NCBI GenBank assembly: GCA_002633005.1
Contig: NMRA01000300.1
Coordinates: 296,823 to 360,822 of the forward strand
DNA: 64,000 bases
DNA from: Phoronis australis
Lineage: Eukaryota; Animalia; Phoronida
Direction of reading: 5' to 3'
Notes under the pieces: generated by a model
Told to the model about the DNA's origin: nothing
Databases searched by the model: none
Seen by the model: the letters and a program-made list of their open reading frames with translations, nothing else
Translations under genes and position numbers: made by a program
Shown here: in pieces, positions 11,222 to 26,200 of the stretch
How positions within the stretch are numbered: the first letter of the stretch is position 1
Layout of the letters: the number at the start of each line of letters is the position of its first letter

Positions 11222-14200
11222 CTGCAGGGAGAGACAGAGATATGTAATATTGCCTCACCTCCTACAGAGGGCAGTTAGTGTCACTCTTTTTCACCATGAA
11301 AGTGCGTGACGAAGCCATTGCAAATGTGAACATTTACGGTAGGCAGCGACTATGTAATAGAGAGACCCACTCCCGAACTGTGTTCCACTCAACTGGCGAT
11401 GGTCACACAGAAAACATCAAACCATTGGCAGCAACCCAGACAATTGTTAACTGTTGATACTTTTTACTTCAATCACTCACACAACGGAGGCCACGAGTTA
11501 TTTTACTGAAAACTGACTGACTTCATCAACTGTAACACTCTGACAGGTTGAAACATCTACAGATTCGGCACATTAACTGCCAGTGGCAACTGTCAAGAAT
11601 GACCACATACCTGAATAACAGCAAAGGCTATGCCAACTCCACCAATTTTCCAGATGTTATCCAGTAACCAGTTCTCAACGGCCTCCACACAACCCTGACG
11701 GTACCAATGTGACAAGTTAAACACCTATATTTCACAGAGCAGTCAAGACAAGTCTCTGTACGAGTCTGACTGAAACCTATGATATGAAATCAATCACACA
11801 ACAGCATCATTCTCAATACAATTTTAATTTATAGGGACAGCTACACTTTAATTACTATTACAATATAACTAGGGACAGCTTCACTTTAATTACTATTACA
11901 ATATAAATAGGGACAGCTTCACTTCGCTGTAGATCACAAAAGCACTCATTGACTTCATGACCACTCCCTGCCTTGTGATGCAGAAGCATATTATTCAATT
12001 ATTTTTAGTCACGGTTATTGATTTTTATGGGCTAAAGTATTTTTCAAAATTACTCCAAAGTTTTTAAAATACAAATACTATATCAAACTTCCTTTTTCAA
12101 ATGTTAAACAATTTTCCTAGTCAAAATCAAACAATTTTGTGACCTTACAAATTAAAGTACACAAGGTCATCAAAATGACAGAAAACCATATTTGAATAAT
12201 TCAATTAACAAAACGTGGTAATAAAATCTAAACTATATTCATAAAATCTAGTTTTAGAGAAAAAAACATACATTCGAGATGTGGGATGTACTGCAGTACA
12301 TGTTCAGCAAATAACCCAGAAGTCAAGAGTGAAAAACTCACAATTTGATAGCCATTCTGTAGACCCAAGACACTCAACAAGTACTGTATGTAGACCCAAG
12401 ACACTCAACAAGTACTGCAGACCCAAGACACTCAACAAGTACTGCAGACCCAAGAGGCTGAACAACTACTGTAGACCCTAGACACTCAACAGGTACTGTA
12501 GAACTACACTCAACAACTACTGTAGACCCCAGACACTCAACAGGTACTGTAGACCCAAGGTACTTAACAAGTACAGTAGACCCAAGACACTCAACAGGTA
12601 CTGTAGACCCAAGACACTCAACGAATACTGTAGACCCATGGCACTAAACAACTACTCCCAGCACGATAACGTCACTTGAGGAAAGGAAACTGATTTCTAT
12701 CCCACGATTCAACATTTCAACCTCGCCAACCAATCACTTCAATTAATGCCTTTATTAGAGTACACTAGTCCTGAACAGACTCCCATAACATCTGCCTTTC
12801 ACAAAGTTATTGATTTTGTGAGAATTTACTTTTTTTACTAATTTCATGTGAATACAGAATTCACTGCAGCTACCTCCCTCTCTCACTTATTTCTTTAAAT
12901 GTCCAGCCAAGGGAAGTATCTCACACAGCTAATTTCTCATTTCTTAATATTCACAAACTAAATAACCCATTTCACTAGTTACCTTTATCTTCAGCTCAGA
13001 TTTATCTCCCATGCGGAGATTTCAATTTCACTCAGTAAACCGTTTCATTTTGCTATTATCCTCAAAATCAAAAGCCTGACCATCCCAAGTCGAAAAAAAA
13101 CATCAGCAACAGAATGTTCATGGAAGTGACCAGCAGAGACATCTGGTGACTGTTTGTAAGCACCGCATGAGAGTGAAACTAACTAGTAGCTAATCAACTT
13201 ACGTCAGACCAAGTTTCCGCTTTATTACCAGCACAACCCACTTTGTAAACCTTGCAACAGGAGTCAGGGTATGAGTAGCCCAAGGTTGTCTCTAAGTATG
13301 GTGCCCAATCAAGGGTAGTGTTGACACCGCAGCACTTACGCTGAAACATAACATCAAGTGAATCTTTGAAACAGCCACTACGTCATCTGTGGCAGTCTCA
13401 AGGCCTTCATCACTTACACAGAGTGCATGGACAAAACTCTTGTGAAATTTTAGCAATATGGGAATTTTTGCTTTTTTTATGAAAAACAAGAAGCACCAAA
13501 CAAATGCTTTGTTATTTTTAAGTTTCCACATTTGTGTTTTGTGTAACTGTGCAGTTTCACAAAAATGATTAAAGCCATGGAAACCTGAAATATGAAAAAC
13601 TGCAGCACCAAATGCATACTTTTCCTTTAATTGGAATAATGAAGTCAGTCGGGTAAAACCTTCAGAAATGACATTTACAAAGCATAATTTCACCTAATGT
13701 GAACTTCACTTGATACACTGACCACCTTCGAAATTGACAAACTTTGTTCAAGTCAAGTCCTCTGAGGTCGTCTCCTTGGTTACAAAAGAACACTCCGTAC
13801 GATCTCTACCACCGAAAGCATCCGAAGCACTTTCCAAATAAAACTCAACATGTAAAATTATGTGTGTTGCTAAGGGTGACGGTGCTGTTTTCAAAGCTTT
13901 ACCAGCCCCGTTCTGTATATGCAATCTACTGCTATGTTAAACTTGACAATATAATCAACAGGGCTTGGAATGACCAATGACAAAAAACACGGAAACTTTT
14001 TAAGTCCCAAATCATGCGCGCTACTCAGCCTTGAAATGGTCGATGTGAACCTTTCCCCGACAAAAATCGGGACTAAAAAAAAACAAAAAAAAACAAAAAA
14101 AAACGTTACCACCATCAGTAGCATGCGTCTGCGTCCTTTTAGCTCGTCTGTCTGCTCCCAACCCACACATTTTTGGCTGCAGAGCCGTAGTATTTGTCGC

Positions 14201-17200
14201 CGCGGTTTACAATAACACGGGACGCCATTGAAAATCCCACCACGCTATCCCAGGTGCCCCGGCAATGTTGACAATTTACGATCCTCCGAAACATAAAGAG
14301 CAACTTCCGCTTTTCGAGGTGAACGTCGTCTGCAACGCCGTGGTAAGAAAGGAATTTGCCGCGGAAATTTTATATCAAATCCGATTTTTTTTACGTGGAA
14401 ATATAATAAAATGCGCGGACAGAACATTTGAAAAAAGCGGAAATCCGTGTTTCCGCGGAAAATTCCAAGCCCTGAATCAATGGTCAAAGGTGCTCACATC
14501 TTTCTGTATCTCGTCCCAAACCTTGCGCACAAGGGAGTCATTGTGTTTAGCGTACTGAGCCATAGTTGCAGTCAACTTTTCCACCACTACGTCCTCGATG
14601 GTTCCGCGGAGAGCGAACGCAGCGATAGCTGCTGCCACCTCCAGGATGAAGATGATAAACATCAGCACAGCAAACTGAAAGAGAACCCACAATCATATTG
14701 GATGACTTTGTTAACTATTCTGTGTATTCACCAAGGTCATGAAATAACCTTGGAGATAGAATACAAAACATACTCCCAGGGGTGTCTCCAGGGGTACACC
14801 CTGGTGCACATTTGCCACTCATATAACTACAGTTATCACTGTATTTGGTTTCAAAATAGATGTCATGCTTTTCACTATTTGATACACACCAAAATTAGTG
14901 TGATCTTGCCATTTTTACAGATTCATTTTGACCAGTATTACTTACTGGCTGCATGGATGTAAAACGTTTAGTGTCCGTAGCAAGAAGGTAGGCAATAGAC
15001 ACATTTGCTCGAAAGGAATTGCAAACCTTTAAATGTGAAGACACCTGCTGAATACTATCCGTTTGAACCTTTCCAACCTAAATTAGTTTCGAAATTTAAC
15101 CAAATTTTGAATACAAGGGCCCTCCACACCGGCTATTTGCCTCATTACCTTTTGAAAATTATTTAAACTCACAGGAGGTATTTCACCATCGTTTGGTCAA
15201 TCAGAAGGCACAGCCATCTTTTCATGAAGGGAAATAGGGAATGGAATACTAAAGTTTAACATTTCGGCAAAGAGGCAAGAACAATCTTGTTGTGTCCTAT
15301 TACTGTAATGCTAATAACATGAGGTTTGACAGAGCACATACTTACCAATCACTTGTAGTAGTTGCCATGGCAACCATGATCATATTGCATGCTCTACATC
15401 CTTAAAAGTTAAAAAAGTTATCAAAATCCTCATCAAAAATTTTATTCTCTGGCTAAAACTGACCATACAATTTCTGTTAGGTCACATGTTCAATTGTGTT
15501 GATCAATATTTCACTCCGATATATCCTTCTCAGACACGTCGCCCCCAGACACGTCGCCCCCAGACACGTCGCCCCCAGAAACGTCACCCTCAGACACATC
15601 ACCCCCAGACACGTCACCCTCATACGACATATACTCAGACACATACATCTGTTATGGATGCAGACAAAATGCAATGTTTTCAGACAGTACCACGTAGCAA
15701 TACTTGGCACTATCTCTACTTCTAGATTCTTATGTCAAATTCAAGCACCACCACCAATTTTAAACCAGAAATGCCAGTACGAGTTAATCAGCTTGGTAGA
15801 TATCGAAGTAGGCGTAGACCAGATATTAAGGGGCACACCAGAAATAGAGATTCACCCAAAAATCAACCGCAAACATGCTTTGCTTACGAGAATGTGTTGA
15901 ATTCCACAAAGATCCTTTGCCAAACTTAGTAGATCGAGATAACGTACAGTCCATAGTGGTATTATGGGGAAGATGGAGATAACCTACGGTCCATAGTGGT
16001 ATTATGGGGTAGATGGAGATAACCTACGGTCCATAGTGTTATTATGGGGAAGATGGAGATAGTGGTATTAAGGGGAAGATGAAGATAACCTACGGTCCAT
16101 AGTGGTATTAAGGGGAAGATGAAGATAACCTACGGTCCATAGTGGTATTATGGGGTAGATGGAGATTACCTACGGTCCATAGTGTTATTATGGGGTAGAT
16201 GGAGATAACCTACCGTCCATAGTGTTATTATGGGGAAGATGGAGATAACCTACCGTCCACAGTGTTATTATGGGGTAGATGGAGATAACCTACCGTCCAT
16301 AGTGTTATTATGGGATGTCCAAAAATCAATGTAGTACATTGGTCACATAGACTCCCCATCCCAGTATAAGCACACACGCCAGGTTTTGTGAAAGTCCATC
16401 CAGCACTTGGTAGAAAATGCCACTAGAGGGCATAGCAGTTGTCAGATTCGTTAGAAAGTTGTTTAGCCACTCCCCCCGTTTGATTGAAACATGTCTGTCA
16501 AATTTCATAGATCTTTCAAGTGGTTTTGCGGACAGGGAGGCATACGCTGGATGCCAGGCATCCTGAGATAACGACAGTATGCACCCATGTGGGTTCAAGT
16601 ACGAATAAAAAATTAAGAAAAGCATTGAAGTCCATGAGCAAGTATGCGAGACTGCGTGTCACGTGACTTACCGTCATCACCATGCAGTAATTCTCCTTGA
16701 TGGCGCCACAACAGCCGAGGAAGCCGAGGAGTAAAATGATGACGCCGACAACGATGATCAAGATGGCAGGCGCACTCAGCGCTCCTGTGTCGAAGAAGTC
16801 GACATAATCCTTGAACATGACTTGTATAACGATGCCCAGGACAATGAGGGCTAGGCCCACAATCTACAACAAAACATTACATAAATTAAGAACAAGTAAC
16901 AAAACACAACAGTAAGACAATTTACCATGCATTAAAGAGGCTTGGAACACGATAATCAGACTAAATTGCAATATTGAAAGTGGTTCTCTGCCACTGAAAC
17001 AGAATTCAACCAGCTTACCATGTATTTTTAGAGATTGTTTGCAAAGATTTTTAGTTTCTGTTAATATCAAAGCATTTTCTTTTGGGAAACCTACATATAC
17101 ACGCATGTCAATTCATGGTCAGATTGAATCAAGTCGTGCCACAAACGACAAACCTCGTGATAAGTATCTGTGCATAACATGAAAAATTACAAGTTCGGTC

Positions 17201-20200
17201 CGTGTAATTATATTTCTATGAATTGCAGGGGTGGCGGTAAGGAGTATTAGACTAATAATTTTTGAAAATGGCTAGAAGTTTTCAGATGCTTTAGCCATTG
17301 TCTCACTACTGTTATGCTGCAGTTTGAATCTTCACAAAGTGTAACATTTCATTTGCCAACCACAAAAACTTTGCATTGACCCCTTCTTACAACTACAAAT
17401 GCTTTGTGCGAGTTGTGATTTGAATACCAAGTTATCACAACTGTTGGATTTTGCATCAGATTTAATCCTTGTACAAAAATAGTGGAAGAGAGAGACATGG
17501 GTGATGGATGATGATGATGATAATACTGCCTTAGATCTAAACACAGAATACAGGCAGTGCAAGTCTGGTTTAGCACTGCGATCTTAGATAAAAACCAATC
17601 TGGTCAATCTGAGCTATTTCAGTCTCTGAAAGAGGAAAATCAGTTACTAAGACCAGAATAAAAAACTCATGCGGTGCAACTGCTGCTCTTTTGTTGAGTA
17701 GATAGATCCTCCCTCTTTAAGCTTGCTGTCAGGCCCTTGTCTGATTATTGATCCATATCCTCCAAAGTATCCTGTCAGTTTTAAATAGGGGAGCCCCTGG
17801 CCTATTGTATATGTTTATGCATACTGTTACTTCAATGTGAACAAAATGAAAAATTACTAAAACCCCCAAAAAGTGGTCTAACCTTCAAGACAACCAATCA
17901 AAACCACTGACAAGTGCTTGAACTACCCTACAATATTCTCATCAGACAAAAGTTTGCTCCAGCTAAGAACACTGAACACCATCCTGCCCATGCACCAGAT
18001 CACATTTTCATCCTTATTTTTGTCATCAAAATAATTTGTGTTCATTTCATCCACATTCACAACATTTTTAGTCATACTGCCAGGTTCTTCAACATGACAC
18101 ACAAGGGAGATAAATCTAGTTTATTTTCTGGATGTCAGCAGCATTAAAACACCGCACGAGTAAAATATTTTTTTAAAAATTTAAAGTCCGAAACTCCACA
18201 ATATTTATGATACACTTATGGGTGTTGTTTGAAGTGTTTACTTTAACAACACCAGGTAACACTACAGTGCCCTTCCCACTCAATAGATAAGTATCTTGTT
18301 CGGAAAAAATATTGCATTGGGATAATGGAATTGTAATTTCACCACATTTGCTAAGACTAATTACAAGGAAATGTAATCATGAGTTATCCTATGTTTACAC
18401 AATTAACATTGCAATCCTATCTGTAACATGAAACCACTGCCATTAATATATGCCAGTACTAGACTGTGATCCTGCGCCCAATGCTTGCAAAAATAACCAT
18501 GTTTTAGCAGTCAGCAGCTGCCGCTTGTGGAATTAATCCAATTCATTTTTTACTGCAGTATTTCCAGGATTTCAAATAAATGAGAATGCAGCTTGTGAAT
18601 AGTTAATATACCCCAGTAGCAGTTCAATTATAAAGCCAGAGACACACTAGTTTATCTCATTTCGCATGTTCACTCAAATTAGAGTCCATGTTGTCTCTCT
18701 ATGTTGTCTCACAAACACGATAATTATCAAGAGCTAATCACCCCCACAGGAACAACACTTGGCTATCACAAAGCGCATGCACAAGGGTCAAAGTGGCCTA
18801 ATGTTGACTCTTAAAGGGACATTATTGGCGAGAAAAGTGAGCTCCATGTATCAGTGAGTCACAGTGCTGAATCTAACATTCAACACTCATGGTCGCAGTC
18901 AAGTGCCAATCCCCACTCCATAAATGGCAAAAAGAAGTATTTTAAGACTATTCAACTGGTTCAAGTCATAGGCCTTGATTTCTGTGAATGTCTGGCAGAC
19001 AATAGTCAGAAAAGCAAATTTGCAACAAAACCACAAAATACAGCAGTTTGTTTTATGACTTTAATAACTTCAAAATTCTACTCCATCCACCAACAATCTC
19101 ACTAGAAATTTCAATGGTTTTATGACCCATTTTCTCTGGCTGATCCATGGTTTGTTAGTTATACTGGTCATAAAACCATTGAAATTTCTAGTTTTCTAAT
19201 ATGTAAAAGATGCTATTGAAATTAATAATCTTTAAATAAAAACAGCAGGAACTGGGTTTTTTTATTCAAAATCATTACTCAACAAACCACAGAAAAAATC
19301 TCGGGGGCAGAGATCTCATAATTGAAAACTACTTAAGAAACCCAATTGTAGCTATCGAGCAAATTCTTCAATGTGTAAGCACCAGCCTGATCCTGACAAA
19401 GTCCTCGTTGATATTGTTGACCTCAGAAGAATAACAAGTCAAATTTTCAAAACTTTGGTTCAATTTTCATCCGTACAAGTTTAATACATGCACGAATCAT
19501 GGAGCTCTGTAACATCTCAATGTGCCGTTTAAGTAAAGGGGACATTTCATGTGAGATCAAGTCATTCATTGCTAAGTGATCAATGTTGACGTCTTGTTCA
19601 TGGTTTATGAACAAAATTAGAAGTACAGTGATACATATCATCCAACTGAAAGACAAACAATGATAAAACCACGTTATCTCACGGAGTCCCATGACGTGTG
19701 CATCGACCCCAAATTATCCTTAACATCATCATCACAAGACCTAATGGAGGTGTATCAGTCAAGTGTTATGTTGCGAAATCATCAAGTCCAACACAAGGCC
19801 TTTGTTCTTCATCATCAACTGACTTTATTTTGATAGCAAATGAAACGGCAGAGTAAACATACAGTGACTTAATTATACCAGAGAGTTCACACGTTCAGTT
19901 ACAGAATAAACAGGCTCTGGTTTTGCACCTGAAGTCATCAAACTAAAATACAACAAAAATGAACACTCATCGGTACGCAGCTAAATCAGTGAATAACAGT
20001 TGTGACGAACTCTGATTTGATAATGAGCAAAAATAACACTCACCTAGGTGAAGGATTTTATACAAAAGATAATAAACTTCTCCGGTTAGATTTTTACAAA
20101 AATTTTGAATTGCAATGTTTCATTTTATCTGGTTGGTTTTACTGAACCTGAAACCCTGCCGACACACTCAAGATTTTCTATACAGCATTTGAACTGATGA

Positions 20201-23200
20201 CATCATTCAAGATGTTCATGTTGATGAGTCTTGATCTTGAAATGATGTTTCAGAATCAGAACACCTTCATATCAATGTGGTACGGGGCAGCCATCTTTGA
20301 AGTTGTACAAAAACAGGACTGTGCGGAAAGCGACTTATGGTCACTGACAAAAAGCAAGATTGAGTAGAAAGTGACTTATAGTCACTGAAAGCAGCGAAAA
20401 TGGTCACATGTAATTCAATAATTCCTGAAAAAACTAACTTTTTCCCCGACATTTTTAGACAGCAGTCTAGAATTTTTTTGTATCCAACGCTTTGCCATAT
20501 GTTGTGAGTTGCTGTTATTTTAGAAGTTGGTTCAACATTCAGTAATACCCATCCACATTTAAGAAGCACTTTGCAATGTTTAGAGTCTAAAAATAAAAAA
20601 TGATAAACAAATGATGTCATTACTCTCATGTAATTGGTCTCACCCAAGAATATTGAAACCAATAGCAATTCAAGGAGACAGAACTTTGATAGTTTATTGG
20701 AGTGAACAACAAATTCGAAAATGGTGCATGCAGGCATTGCCTGCAACTTCAGTTGCCAGTTTAATCAACAACAATTCAAGACCTAGTGAGAAAGTAAGGT
20801 TTTTAAACCCTTTTAGAAGTCAATATTGAGAGCTACACAGTGGAAAATGTCCTTCAACTTTGTATGGGCTGTGTGTATCAATGATGAACTGAAATGTACT
20901 GTGGACCACAGAGAAGGAAGGCCCCTCAACATTCCAGAGTTGCATAACAATATAAAGGGGCACAGCCTCACACTAACTATTCAAGGTCATACCTGCTGTG
21001 AGGGTTCACAGCTAGAAGCACCTGACCTAGCTCACAGGCCTAAACATAGTGTGAACAGCCACAGGCTCTTTATCCCTTTTGGGTGTCATTGCACTTGAAC
21101 TCCTTCTGTTCGGAGGGCACAGAAACACCACTATAGGCTCTCTAGGGCTGAGAAACATGTCAACACCTCTGTTCACCAGTGTTTTAACGTTTTGCAGATG
21201 TTCCACTGTTTATAAGTGTTTTTACTACAGGGCATGCTCATATGTCACTGCTCATATGTCACCTGAGAGTTAGTTGAAATATAGAGTCGATATCGTTAAA
21301 GTAAAAGAAGGGCGTTGTTATTATTTTGTTATCGTGTTTCATCGTAAATCGTTTTTAAAAATAAAAATTTAGTTGTGCACCATTGGCACAACCTCCTTGG
21401 CTAAAGGCACTTGCACTTTTACTAACACTAGCTTGTAAGAAAAAATGTTAAATATTTTCCCAATTTCATATTAGAGCAAATACTCCCCAACTGAGAAACA
21501 GTTTCGAACAAGTTTTTTAATGTCCTTGGTATAACAATTAAACTAACTGATGCTGGGGACCCCAGACATGTCATTGTCATGACCCCATACATGTTATGAC
21601 CCCTGACATGTCGCAAGTCTAAGCACAAATGTCATTCCAGCTTTATTTTCATTTCAGCTTTATTTGAGCAGGTGATCAAACTTTTATCCCTGATCAGGTA
21701 CTTGGCTACAAGTGCATGCTACTCACAGCCTGTATTGTTTCTGAAATCAATGAAGCGGATAAACTAAATAACTGATGGCCATTGGGATTAGAGAAAGAGA
21801 AACAATGCGCAATTATCAACAACAAGCTGATGAAAATCGATGTAATCACTAACTACACTTGGCAACCAGAACTGAAGTGATGAGTTCTTGGTGAACAAAT
21901 TAACCAATCACATCATTCAGAGCATGCAGCAAGGAGTGTTGTTTCTCAACCCTACTTCAGACAAAGTCAATACAACTGTGGTTCATAAGCAACAAGTCTC
22001 AAGAAATAAGAAAACTAGGTGAATCACACAAATGGGCTTTTCTACCTCCATGGCAGAAGAGCGGTGATTTTGGGATGTGAATTACTACTTTCTTCAATGT
22101 CTGAACCTGCTAAACAGCAGTTTTTAGTTTGAAAAAAAATGATAGGGGTCATATTGATATTTGAAACAAAAGAAATAAATTGATCTAAGAAGACATGGGT
22201 AAAACTGGAAAGAAAGGCTAAGGCTTGAGAAGATCTACTCTTATTATTGAGTAAATGTTTAGAACAATTATGTAGCATCCATTTGAGACTTCAACACATT
22301 GAACATTTTGTACTCTACTAACATGAACAAAAAAGCTTTCAAAAACCATTTTCATACAGCGACCATAGTCGGTAAACTAATCATTTAATAGGGTTGGAAG
22401 TCCGCACAGTGTGGAATTAAGTTATACATATCACACTCAAATTGCGCATCAAATATCAACCTGCACACATCAAATTTGCGATCGCGTTAACAGATTTATC
22501 TACAGGAAAAATACATCCAATATAGCTGCTCGCAAATTTATCTCTTCAACAGAACTTATTTGCTTGGAAATTTGTCTTTTTACTTTTTCGCTCGCCACTC
22601 CGCAATTTTCATTTTTTTACCTAGCGGTGTGTGCATTAACTATATCATTCACTTTGCTCATTGGTTAGCACTCGAGTCGCTTGATGACATAGTTAGGTCA
22701 AAAAATGAGAGCAGAAGATGGCAGACGATTTGATTAGTTGTTGTCAGACGAAGGTAAAAAGAGGCATAATATAACTGGTAAGACTGTTGGCAATTTTCTA
22801 AACGTGTCAAGGGAATTGGATTTGTTTTGTACTAGCCCACTGAACAACAATTTTCCTCCCATTCTTATGGTTTATATTCGTTTCACCTAGTGGTGAAAAG
22901 ACCTCCAATGGACGTACAGCCCTGCCTTCAAGTAGGATGCATGCACAGAAACAGTGTGCAGTAGTGCATGTAACCACCTACAGGTACTTAGTGTAACAGA
23001 ACAGAAACCTTATGAGCCACACTCAAGTCAAAAGAGAGCATGAGATTAACATGCCCAGCTTAGACAGGTCTTTCTCTGAATACATAAACTTGACTTGAAG
23101 ACCACCACTCCTCTTCTGATCCTGTCCACCCTCGTCAATCATTTGGCTGTCAATCATTTGGCTTGACATCTATGGTGTTGCATGGCATTAGTTGAAGGGT

Positions 23201-26200
23201 CCCATATACATGAGGCAAGCATGTGGTCTGATGAAACAAACTTCACACTGGGCCTTGGGGGCCCGAATGTCCCCATTACCTTTTGAAAAATAATTAAAAT
23301 TCACAAGAAATTCTCATCAGGCCCAAAAATTCCCTTCCAATGATTAAAATTTATGTCAGATTCTGTATGTTTGTTAACTGCAACTTTCCTTCACAGTTGG
23401 TGTCTGTAGGTGGTTGTTTACATACTCAAGGTACCTAAACTACACGGTCAACGGACTCATAAACATGGGCACGGACGCATGAACACGACTCACGGACCTG
23501 CAAACACCGTCCACTGACTCACAAACACGGGAACGGACTCACAAAACACGATCCACGCACCCAAATACACGGGACACGGACTCACATTCACGAGGAAACA
23601 CTGTTAACGGACCGCCAAACACGGGTCACGGACTCATCGGCTTCCTGGGTCAGTTGACATCTTCATTTTGTCAGTGACCCGTGTTTGTGAGTCAGTGGAC
23701 GGTGTTTGCAGGTCCGTGAGTCGTGTTTATGAGTCCGTTGACCGTGTAGTTTAGGTACCTTGATACTGGGTTGAAGACATAAAATTGTCTAGAGTTCTAT
23801 GAAGAGAACAGAGTCTGGGTTAAGGATTTACAATTACAGGGGTGATCACACAGTGCTGAGGGAAGAAAGTCATTCATGATAAATTGGAGTTCAGAGCCTC
23901 ATCCCCTCCAGTTAGGCTAGTCCATATATAAAGAAAATGGCCCATGATCAGTTTTGACTGCCTAAACAGAATGTACGGCCAGGCTTCCAGAAAAGCATAA
24001 AATGTTAGTCCCACAGCCTAACCTAAAACAAATAGCTGCACTAGTGCAACTTACCCCATTTAAAGTGGAGTGTCCGAACACATACACTGGATAACTAGGC
24101 TAGGGCAGAATTACTTGCTCTGCACGTGAACATCTGATTTGAATACTGCATCCAAAGGAAGCTGGTTTCTATGTACGCAGCTGATAATTACTTCCGTCTT
24201 GCAGCACGTTTGCGAGCACACATCGATAAGAATTGGCACAAGTTACCCAAGAACAAGTTACCGTACCTCCCTAAGGAGCAAGTTGTCACAAGAGGGGCAA
24301 GTTGCACTAGTTTGAATAGCGTATAGACAGCTCTTAAACCTAGGAACAACTCGAACCATGAATAACTTGTTCTATGGTGCGCAAGTCTGTAGGACCAGGT
24401 AAGATGGATTTTCTCCACACTTGAAAATCCCTCTAATCAGGCGCAGGCACCTTTCAGCTCAAAAGTAATGAGGTTCCTGGCACATAACAGGGGGGAAGGA
24501 AGGAGAACAACAGCCTAGTAAGGAAAATGGCTGACCATGTTTAAACCATTCACACCATGGTCATAGATGCTTCAATTCCATTACCCACAATTCTGGCACG
24601 ATATTTGAAGTATCTCTTCTGTAATTTGTGTATTTTTAATCAAGAAATAAATACAAAGGAATAAAATTGTTTAATTTTGGTGCGACGTCATCAGTGGATT
24701 CGGTCTCCGCTATTGCGTTGTTGTACACTAAATCAATCGACAAATCAGAACAGTATAAAGCTTTCATGATTTTGGAACAGGCACGACAGAAACAGGTATC
24801 ATTTACCAGATGTAAAATCCAGTAAGCATCCCTATAATCACATGATTTTTCCTGACAACGGCATTCCAACAAATGGAATCAATGTCCATTATTCACAACA
24901 AGGCTTTGACAATCAGGGTAAGAGTTACAGTCTGAGATACACATTACTTATTACTAGACACAAAAGTTGTAAAAAAAAATTAAAATGAATCAATAAAAAG
25001 CTTCAATTATCACCCTGAAATCAGGAGTGTCCGCAGAATGAGTAGGCTCCAGCTAGGCTTCACTAACTGAAGACACCGGTGTGGGAGGGTTATATTCGTA
25101 GTCTTAAACATGCAACTTCTGCCGATATGGCAAGGTCTAACTCATCACCAGTCTTTGGTACAATGTATGGTGACAAACTATACAAATGGGGAACCGTATG
25201 ACTAATGAAATACAAATCCGAATAAGAGCTGGATGGAGTTGCTTTGGAAAAAACAGAAATATTTCAAGATAGGAAAATACCCATATCCCTGAAAAGAAAA
25301 GTATTCGACCAGTGCATCATCCCCACAATCACCTATGGATGCCAAACATGGACCTTAACAAAACAGACAATTGCCAAGACAGGATTCCACACACAGAGAT
25401 AAGAGAACAAACAGTCATGGACATAATCAAGACAATTCTGAAATTGAAATGGAGGTGGGGCGGACACGTGGCCAGAGCACAGGACAACAGATGGCAAAAA
25501 GATGTACAGAGTGGCAACCCAGATATGGAAAGAGATCAAGAGGATGGCCCCAAGCCAGATGGAGAGATGACATCGTGAAAACGAGAGGCGCAACGTGGAT
25601 GAGAGTGGCAAGAGACAGAACAAGTTGGAAGGCATTGTCGGAGGGCTACATCCTGCAGTGGATGGACAACGCCTAGATGAGATGAGATGAGATGGTGATC
25701 TAGTGGTGAGTATGCCGACAATGGAATGGTAAATGGTTCTAATCCCACCAATGCCAGTTGCTACATCAGTGTAAAGTGTTTCAGGAGGTATTTACATTTT
25801 CAATTCAGTCAAGTGTGGACATAACCTTTAGAGATGTTTTTGTACTTAACAATTTCTGTTCATTTACAATTCTCTATTGACCAAACACTCTTGTTTACAT
25901 GACCCAGTTCAAGGAAAATTGGTTTCAAGCAACAGACGTTTCGGTTTCGCTAGACAGACACATAAATCAGGTCAATACAGACACATAAATCAGGTCAATA
26001 CATTCATTTGATATTATCATCATCAACAGTTAACATTAACATGCCAAAGGTACCCACTTATCCAACAGCTTTACCACAAGGTGGCGCTTCGCCTAATCGT
26101 GTGGTTTTCTCATTTCACCACCAAGAGATGGCAGCAGCTATTTTTGGCGAAACTGATTAGCGAGCTGAACATTAATTATCAAATTTCTCTCACGAACTAC

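Noticed and set aside
22405-22450. CACAGTG (RSS heptamer / Transib-like end) at the start of a TE-looking stretch
   Set aside because: No nonamer at 12/23 spacing, and no matching opposite end or TSD was found.
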